NCBI GenBank assembly: GCA_024704765.1
Contig: JAKMXF010000155.1
Coordinates: 580,380-644,379, forward strand
Source: Oopsacas minuta
Taxonomy: Eukaryota; Animalia; Porifera
DNA: 64,000 nucleotides
Direction of reading: 5' to 3'
The notes under the pieces are model-generated. The model searched no databases, was not told where the DNA came from, and worked only from the letters and a program-made list of their open reading frames with translations. A program made the position numbers and the translations under genes. Below are positions 55,019-64,000 of the stretch, piece after piece. Position 1 is the first letter of the stretch, and the number at the start of each line of letters is the position of its first letter.

Positions 55019-55330
55019 TAGTAGCATAATAAGTAAACATTTAATATAGTTAATCTATACATTATTTTATTCTGAACTGCGTAATATATATGAAACATCT
55101 GACTATGCTATGGCCAATACATGAATATGTATAAAATCTCAGCTATTCAATATCATTTTCTTATTTCATAATACTTACACAACAAATGATTGAAATTCTG
55201 ATTATGTACGTATTACAAAATGAATGTATTTTGCATTCTCATGTTGTGCATCTTAATCTATTTTGTCGTTATAATTACATATGTTTGATTCCTGCACTAG
55301 GATTTATTTTTTACGTTTCAATTAGCTATA

Positions 55331-56635
55331 CAAGGCGGCTCATAAGTTCTGTGAAATTTATGTCAACCCATTTATATATTCAAAATGTACTATTCATGCT
55401 TGATGTTCTAATTAGACTAACACTATATGCTAATAATTTCCTAGAAATAGCCACTATTCTATATACCCTCCCCTCTACTCAATTACAGCCTTAAATCTGC
55501 GAGGGAAGGCCTCAACCGCAGCACGCAGTGTTTCTTGAGGTATTATAGCCCATTTTCTCCTCAACGGCACCTTAAGAGATTCTACATTGGTGTAGGCCTT
55601 AGCACAAGCCTTTGTTTCCAAAATCGACCAGATAGAGTAATCCATTGGATTCAAATCGGGGCTGTATGGGGCCATTCGTCTTTGGGAGTAAAATCGGGAA
55701 TATTCACTTTTAACCATGCCTGAGTGACTTTGGAGGTGTGCGTAGGCGTACCGTCCTGTTGAGACAGAAATGACCTCTAGAAAACATGGACTGGCTTAGG
55801 TCTTTCAGTCAGGTTCTAATATCAGTTCGCGATATGAAATTGGATTAATTTTAGCCCCTGGTGGGGTAAATATCAGGGATGTTCGATCAATTACCGAAAT
55901 TCCAGCCCAAACCATGACAGGTGGTGGTTTTTGAACTCGTCCGATGTAATGCAGCTCGTCTGGGATTGCTTGAGAACTAGTTGTTATATTCTGTCATTTT
56001 GAGCATTGTTAGCTTCCTCTATTGTAATTAATTTCTCGTCAGAAAAGAGAATGTTGTTTATCCCGTAAACAGCGTACCGCTTTAGCAGACCCTTACCCTA
56101 ACCAGTCTCTTTCCCATGATCTTTCTAGAAACGAAGTGTACTGTCTACCCTTTGAATGATCTCATTCCTAATTGATTTTTAACGAATCTTTGGACAGATC
56201 GATGGGATATTTTGAGGACTAATGCCATTTTACGCATTGATCGTCGGGGATTTCTCCGAATTTATTCCCGCACCACCTTTCGCACCTTTGGAGTCACAAC
56301 AGAACACGGACAACCAGTCCTCGCCCTATCTTCAACTTTCCCAGTCTCCAAATATCTCATAATGGTCCTAGTAATAAACATCCTTCTTCCCCTGGGCATT
56401 TTGAGCATTTAGAAATTTCCCTTGGTTTATGTCCCCTGAAATAATTTAATCACAGCACACCTATCGCTTTCCATAAGCTATTCAACACTGAAATGAAATA
56501 TATTAGGAAACTACTTATGAAATACTATTATTGAATATCTTGTAATGATATTCATTTGATAATACTATTGTTGTAGCATTAGAAATGATAATTTACGAAT
56601 TCGAAAAAATGTCACAGAACTTATGAGCCACCCTG
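55331..56635 (-). mobile_element. DD37D/maT element, decayed
   Basis: TIR CA(A/G)GG(C/T)GGCTCATAAGTTCTGTGA; TA at left, TG at right. PYSPDLNPMDYSIWSILE motif. Confidence 0.85.
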
Positions 56636-57309
56636 TGCAGTAGAAAATGGATATGGTGATTTTCCCATCACTCTTGAAGCGTTCTTATCATTTTCCATTT
56701 ATTTTCTATTGGATATTATAGTGATACAAATATTGGATATAGTGCTATTTCAACCCTGAAATGTATTCCTCCCATATATTTGACAACAACCAAAGATTAT
56801 ACATCCAAATAAATATCTCATTCACTCCAAGTAACAAACAAAGCATCTTGAAATACCTTGCAGGTGGAAACAATTTAGCCAATTTTGATGATATATTTAC
56901 TGCAAGGCTAGCATATAATGATAACTTGTCCTAATATTCTGTGTCATATAGAACCATATCCATTATTATAAACTACTGTATATATTATTCACCAATTAGT
57001 CAATCGCAAACTGATGAACTTTTATAAAATTCAATTTTTAGTTTTGATAATAATCTGGTTTGTTAATAATATGGATTAACATGCATAAATTCTAGTTTTA
57101 ACTAAGGCAGTAAATTGTTTAACAATTTGTTCCATTTACACTTATCTTCCACAATATGGCCAGTAACGTTTAATAAAGTACAAAATAGTATAAAATTACT
57201 TTTGAGGATATTTTCATTTTTTGTCAAATCTTTTAAGTATATAAATGTAACTGCAGAGCTACAATTAATCAAACAACCTTAACTAGTTTATCTTGGGTTA
57301 TTATAACAT

Positions 57310-58110
57310 TCCTTTTTGGATAATTAACATTTTCTATAGTGATTGAATACATACTGAGAAGCTTAGGGGTACTAACCTCTTGTTATATATCATACACATT
57401 TAACTCAAAACAAATTTTTCTAGACAATTGCTTTCTAAATTTCCTCACATATCTGTTCAGAGCATCAAGGCATTCCTCAGAAATATTTGAGAACCACTCC
57501 ATTATTTTTATAGATCGATCACCTCTACAGAATGTGACAATAACTATAAAGATAGTTTGACGATTTTCAAAGGAAAGATAGTAACAATATATTCGTAAGT
57601 TGTCTTGCAAAGCTCACTTAACATATTGATATCAATTTTGTGGCTACTGATAAAAATCTCAAATTGCAGATAAGTTCCTGTGTATTATTGCAATCCATCC
57701 AGTTTACACTGTATTTATTGTAGAAGTTGTCCCATTAATAAAGTCCTCCTTGTTTTTAAAGAAGTCTCCTGCAATATTGCCAGTTGTAGAAGTAGGTACC
57801 ACCATCACTGGAAGGGATATCGATACGGTAACCTGTGAGCTCTAAGATTAATGATGTCATACGTTTTATGGACGCCTTGATAGGTGGTGAAGTTGGAGCC
57901 CAAACAGTTTTTCATGTATCTAAGTGGTAGATAAGCACATACCAGTGAGAAACACAAATGTAGCTATGTATAGAGAATCAGGAATGATGTCTATTTCGGA
58001 TGTATGTGAGTTGTTCAATCCATATCTGGCATTTGTGTCCGATCTTAGATATTAATCAATATCCATGTCATTTAATATGACAAGGGTTCATAATTTTTTA
58101 ATTACGAAGC
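57310..58110 (-). pseudogene. Transib/RAG1-core-like transposase relic 4 (C-terminal half)
   Basis: ARYGL....EIDIIP, WYVLIYHL...VWAPTSPPIKAS...TGYRIDIPSSDGG..TTGNIA and ISEECLDALNRYVRKFRKQLSRKICFELNVYDI. Confidence 0.75.
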
Positions 58111-58137
58111 TCACCCAAATCTCCAATTCGTTTGAAC

Positions 58138-58281
58138 TAGCGCGCTTCGCTTGCAAGGTCACTGCGCGACAGCTTAGTGCTCCAGGTTAACTTAAGTAGC
58201 AATTTTAACAGCTAAACTTTTTGATTATTGGTCGCTACGCAACAGGATATACTCGGCACTATTGTGCCTCGAATTCACAGA
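58138..58281 (-). repeat. Dispersed repeat, copy 2; Helitron-like 3' end
   Basis: Similar to 2081-2220. Minus strand ends GCGAAGCGCG-CTAG|T. Confidence 0.45.
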
Positions 58282-58889
58282 ATGTGAGATATTTAGCCAT
58301 GAGATATGGTTAAATATCTCACAAAGTCTGTATATCTCTAGATCAACAGACATATTCATTGTCTCTGGACAGACATTCATGTCAACCTATCTTGAGATAA
58401 ATGATTCATTCTCATTAGATAGAAAAGATCATTGTATATTACATAGTAGATATAATCGATTCACTATCATTAGGTGAAAATATCAAGAAGTTATCCTTGC
58501 AATTCTTGATAAACTTTAGCAAAGTTTCATGCTGAAGGTTTTCACATTACGTACAAATTCTTCTTTGTATATCGACAATTACATTGATTAGTATTTACAG
58601 ATTTTCCGAGCGAAGTAACGTCATTTGCTAGCGTAATTGGGAAGTATGTATTAAAAATACTTGATCTTGAAACTATGTAGTATTTAAATTATTAATCTAT
58701 GTTCAAATGTTGAAATCCAAAGTGATCCAAACCATTTATGTACAAAATATAAAAGATTTGTCTTGATAAAGTTCTAATATTTCGGATTTGTTTTATTCCA
58801 TTGTGGCAAGAATAGCTGTTCTTCGGTATTATAGAATCTAAGTATCATAATTTTTCTGGGGATATACCCCAACTCCCCATTACCGTTTC

Positions 58890-58926
58890 GAGCTTTGCTC
58901 ACTCCTGGCCCCTGTACCCGCCCCTG
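58890..58926 (-). mobile_element. Solo hAT-like MITE terminus
   Basis: Reverse complement CAGGGGCGGGTACAGGGGCCAGG; partner end not found. Confidence 0.3.
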
Positions 58927-59679
58927 TGAAGTTGGCTCCTTTGAATCTAACGGTCGGTCAACATAAACTGGAAATTTGCTTGAAGAGCCTTAATTCAGAT
59001 TCTCAAGTGTCTTTTACTAGCCATACCATTTCCCCATCGGCCTGCATTAACAAAGATCCAGATTAAGAATCTTATAAGAAATTTCCTAGAGGATTGCAAG
59101 AAACTTTGACTTGCTAGGGCAGTTTCAAGAATAAATATTTTGATCTTTTCTCCTCAATCGTCTCCCGAAGTGATCCTGCCTCTGATTGTCTTAGAATAAT
59201 GATTTGTGAATGATGTGTGCTATCTGGACTCACATTCTTTCCCAAATGCTTTAAGGTAGAAGACCTGGATCTATCATATATTAACACGCTATTGTCTTAC
59301 TTGACTAAAAACTTCTTCAGTTAATGTTAGTTATTGTTTGTATTTGCCATAAAATAAATAGTCAGCCGTATCATTATCCGTCTGGGTCGATAATTCATTA
59401 CACATGCTAATTCCTATAATTCTTAAATCAACCAGACGTGGGTATTTTCGGAGTCCTTCTGAGATAGAAGCCACTGTTTAATGGTGTTCTGAAAGTGGGA
59501 GTTACTCTAAATGCACGTTTAAGATTGATCAGCCACTTCCTTGCTACAGAAATTGCGCGCATCTCCGAACTACAGTATCTCAGGAATTTCATTGAGTCGA
59601 GTTGAGAGATGAAGAATAAGAGAAATAGGTCGGACCAGACATGGGGTCAAATTGTTACAGGGAAAGAAAGTAATTAGTG

Positions 59680-60720
59680 ATTTAAATCATTTGATTTTGA
59701 TTAAAAAATCACTTTATTATAGATTTGCAAATGATTTAATATATGATTTTTAAAGTTGCTTCAATAATTCTATTGATTTTGTTTAAGTATTTTCGATTTT
59801 AGAATTTATATAGATTTTGATGTGAAGTGAAGTTGATTTCAGATCATTTGATATCCTTCAAATTCTGAATTTTCAACATAGAAATCAACAATACACAGAA
59901 AATCAATAATTTTGATTTAACACCGAAATCATTTCAAAATCACTTGTAGAGACTGTCTTTCTCCCGAAGGAGACACAATCATTTTGAAATCATACGTAAA
60001 TGTTGTTTCTAAAGTGCAATCTAGGCTGCTAGGTACATGCCCTCTAGCTACTTATTTGGTGACGTAGGTCATGCTGGGTTTCTTGGATTTGTGATTTATT
60101 GTATGTTGCAACCTAGGTTGCTGGACTTAGAATAATCTTTTATAAATATATATTTTTGAATATTTTGAAATATATTTCAACAATTATGATCTATTCGAAA
60201 TCAATTTTCACTTTTAAAACTCATTATGGAATCGATTTATACAATTTGAACCATTTTGAAACATTAATAGGATTTATGATCATTTTATATCAATCATAAC
60301 ATATTTGCTTGTGGGATATCTGACGTAGACCACCCATGAGGAAAACAACATCAGTCTGGAAATTTTCTTAATTTCCCAGAATAATTGTTGTTTTCGCTTG
60401 ATGGTGGTATACGTATGTCTACCAATATACAATGCATGTAGTATATGTACTGATTTAAAATGATCTAATTTTGAGTAAATTGATTCATATCAAGATCAAA
60501 ATCATATAAAATATAGCTATGTATTAAATGATTTAGGTAATTTTTATATTCATAATGAGTGCAATGAATGATTTCAACCTGATTCTCAAAACTATCTGAT
60601 TGAACTATGAATTTGGTAGATGATTTAATACTCGATATTTATACTAATTGATTTAATGTTAAATCAAATAGGATATCAATGAGTGATTTTGATCTTACAT
60701 AAAAATCATTCTATTTTCTT
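59680..60720. repeat. Degenerate GATTT/AAATC-rich tract
   Basis: Dense irregular GATTT(T), TGATTT and AAATCA motifs on both strands; no ORF. Confidence 0.5.
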
Positions 60721-61000
60721 GCCTGACTCAATTAGCTTGGAAAGTATTGAAATTACAAATATTTGTAGAAACTCAAATATACTACAAAATAAATGCTCTT
60801 AAATGACAATGTATTTATGTACAAATATAAATACAATTATCCAAAACTAATCAAAATTCTAATTTGTTCTGCCCGAATCATGGTTATTATAGCAACAAAA
60901 TTCTCACCTCTCCTTACCAGTATTTAATTATGGATCAATGATGATGAATATGTAATTCACTTATATATTATTATATCTAACTATAAAAAACCCAATACTA

Positions 61001-62332
61001 CTAGGGCGTTCAATAAGTCTTGTGGGTGATGTCATAGAATATGATGCAAACACTATACACACTAATTCACTATATTATTTATTCAAAGTAATCCCCTCCT
61101 GCAGATACATAAAGTTTTAACCTTTCCACCCACTTATAAACACATTTCTGTACTCTTCTCGGGGGGATGGATTTGGAGTACTGGTACAGGCCCGTTCCGA
61201 GTGCTTGTAATGTGTTAAAATCTTTGCTTTGAAGGTAGATTTTAAGCTTGAGGAATAGCCAAAATCACACTGAGCTAGGTCTGGTGAGTATGGTGGATGG
61301 GAAAATAATTCTAACCCCTCTACATCCAAGAAACTTTTGGTAAGCTTAGCTGTATGGGAACTGGCGTTATCAATTAAAATCTTCATTCCTCGAGTTCCGG
61401 TTTTCGGGTGGTACTTTTCTATATTTTTTATCAAATTTGGAAGCACTTGCTCTGTAAAGAAAGTAGCAGTAACAACTTTGCCACTCTCACAAGGTAATTG
61501 AAAGACATTTCCATGGCTACTGAAGAAGATGGTATACATAATCTTAGGTTTTCTGAAGTCGGGCCTAGGGATTTTCACCGGTTGTCCGTCGCCCCTCACC
61601 CATGATCGCTTCTTATACTTGCTATATGGTGTTGAATAGTACACCACGTCTCGTCACCAGTAATAATCTCTGTTAGGCGTCTAGAATCGCAGTTCTCATG
61701 AGTTTCCAAGAGTTACTTGGCAATATTCAGTCGTGCCAACCTTTGTTCTCACTGAGCTTATTCGGGACCCATTTCCCACAAATCGATCGGTAGCCAAGCT
61801 CAGTCGTTAGAATTGTATGAATAGCTCCTGATGAAATCTCCATACTTTGCTCTAATTGATTGACAGTAATGCACTTGTCTTCCATGACCATACTTTGAAT
61901 GAGTGCGATATTCTCTGAAGTGGTGGAGGATACCGGTCTTCCAGATCGAGGCAAATCTGTGACATCAGCATCACCAGATCTAAAACGGGCAGCCCATCGC
62001 TCTACAATAGATCTGGAAGGGCAATCCACGCAACTATATCTCCTGTAACTCGCTGAGGATCTTTATGAGCTGGATCTTGAGTATTGTGCGAAACTCTATT
62101 TATGCTCGCCATTTGAGGTTGAAATTATCATCCTTTGAAGCCAAAATTCAACAGTAGGTATAAATTGACTGCGCGTAACTATCTCAAGAATTCATAATTT
62201 GTATTGAATAAGCTTGAAACTTTCAGTATTTGAAGTTTAACTATATGGGCTTATAATATATGAAAGTTAGATATATTACTTGACTAATTCCTAAGATGTA
62301 TCATCACCCGCAAGACTTATTGAACGTCCTGA
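61001..62332 (-). mobile_element. mariner (DD34D) element, decayed
   Basis: TIR core GG(G/A)CGTTCAATAAGTCTTG(T/C)GGGTGATG with TA TSDs. DLPRSGRP, CGKWVPNKL and IDNASSH...HPPYSPDLAQCDF (34 residues between the D's). Confidence 0.9.
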
Positions 62333-62439
62333 TATACTATCACCTCTTGATTACCATTTAGCTGCACAATATTCTACTACGTATATTTTTCCTATTCAAA
62401 TATAACCTACAAAACTATATATCATAAGAGTCATTAGAT

Positions 62440-63387
62440 CTCAGGAACATCAGTTGTTCGAATGTTTTGTCTGTTAGGCGAGTTCTCCCTGGACGAATTA
62501 TTTCCTCTGCAATGCTAAATAACCTCTCCAGAGGAACAGAAGATGCTGATATACACAAAAAATCTTTGCTAATAAGCTAAGTGTTAGGAATTTAGGCGTG
62601 TGTGACTTCCAGAAGCTGAGAGGGGCTGAGTTTTCTGGAGACATAGAGTACTTAGATATTCTTGTATTTACAATTCAATGCAACTTTGAGTATTGATGCC
62701 ATTGACAGGAACATGGATCAGTGAACTAAATAATCCACAAGGCTTCTTTATCGCAGGTTCGGGATTGGGAATGATTTCATTAAGAGAAAATGCAGGCTGG
62801 TTATGAGCGATATTTACAGCTTTAGCAATGAGGCTGTACTTGTGCCTCGGCATTTCAGCCTTAGAGCCCCACTGTAGCTTGAACCTTGGATCCAAAGCAG
62901 CTGCTGTTAGAAAACCGTCGTGTTCTTCATAATGTGACAGTCTTTTGAGAAGAGAGTCCTTCAGTGTAGCAACGAACTTTGAACAGTACTTAGAACACAA
63001 TACTTCCATCTCCGACTTCAGTATACACACAAAGGGGATGACCATATTCCCAGTGATCGCCTTTTCACCTTGAACACAATTTGTGGCACTTACGAAAGGC
63101 GCCAAAGTTTGAACCATGTCTTTCAGGATACTGTAGTTGTATGCAGTAATCTGGTGCTGTATATTTAGAGAGACAAAATTTCTTCTGGAATATGCAGGTT
63201 GGATCGCACCATGACAAGTTGTGAAGTCCATATTGTAGTGGTAGTAGTTTGGAGCCGTTTGTGTGATTCCACTAATTCTAATGCATGTATTCATTTGCGA
63301 CATGGGATACAATGGCTAAAGCTTTGGCAAGTACTTTGTTAAGAGTAGCAGCTTGATTAAAACTATCTTTGATCACTAGCTGCAATG
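62440..63387 (-). pseudogene. hAT (Ac/ZBED1-ZBED4-like) transposase, C-terminal part
   Basis: TLQLVIKDSF, LTAAALDPRFK and a frameshifted hATC dimerisation domain PLSFWK...ISASSVPLERLFSIA...RTRLTDKTFEQLMFL. Confidence 0.85.
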
Positions 63388-63389
63388 TA

Positions 63390-64000
63390 CAGGGTGCGTT
63401 TTAAGTTCTGTCCCATAGTCAAATCCTCATAACTTTACTACAATAGATCTTTTACTATTTAAACTTTTATACCAGTTTACTATGATCAATACAATTACAT
63501 AATCGCACTGATTACTCAATATAACCTCCCTTGTCATGAATGACACTTGATATCCTGCCAGGTAGGGCCTCAACTGCAGCACGGAGTACATCTTGGGGTA
63601 TTTTCTCCCACTCTTCTCGCAATTTTCGCTTCAAAGAGTCTATACTCTTGTGAGATTTAGCACAGACTCTGCTTTCGAGAATGGACCATACCGAATAGTC
63701 CATTGGGTTCAGGTCTGGGCTATATGGAGGCCATTGCTCTTTCTCAATAAAACATGGAATATTGCTCTGAAGCCAGGTTTGGGTAACATTTGATGTGTGA
63801 GCTGGTGCTCCGTCTTGTTGAAATACAAATGATCCACCATTAAACATGGTTTGGCTAAGGTTCTTCACTATGGGCTCTAAAATTAAGTCACGATAAGTTG
63901 TCGAGTTTATTTTTACGCCTGCTGGCACAAAAATTAGTGGCGTCCGACCAACAGCCGATATTCCAGCCCAAACCATTACTGAAAGTGGTTTTTGGACTCG
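63390..64000 (-). mobile_element. DD37D/maT element (3' part; continues past the window)
   Basis: TA|CAGGGTGCGTTTTAAGTTCTGTC end. Open 154-aa C-terminal frame with QQDGAPAH...SPDLNPMDY (37-residue spacing counted). Confidence 0.9.

Noticed and set aside
59400-59600. THAP-like trace (RKWLINLKRAFRVTPHF) on the minus strand
   Set aside because: Key Cys/His ligands not recoverable and no linked transposase identified.
1-64000. CRISPR arrays, operons, rRNA/tRNA genes
   Set aside because: No regularly spaced repeat-spacer array, cloverleaf or rRNA signature seen; content is eukaryotic TE-derived.

Overview
AT-rich eukaryotic (invertebrate-like) DNA that is mostly a graveyard of nested, decayed DNA transposons. 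I found no prokaryotic genes, rRNA, tRNA or CRISPR array. Elements supported by TIR/TSD and motif evidence: Tc1/mariner types (DD34E, DD34D x2, DD37E, DD37D/maT x4), a nearly intact pogo/Tigger, two Chapaev3-like (CMC) elements, four divergent Transib/RAG1-core-like relics (one with CACAGTG ends and a 5-bp TSD), two hAT remnants and a P-element/THAP-type remnant. LINE and Helitron-like traces are weaker. Features not explained by these elements: a ~3-kb foldback with ~930-bp near-perfect arms, a duplicated ~380-bp non-coding unit with conserved hairpins, a 370-codon orphan ORF/terminal exon, and an exact Tn5/Nextera mosaic end (probable library artefact). There is one N gap (49797-50538). All family calls come from motif recognition by eye; no searches were run.
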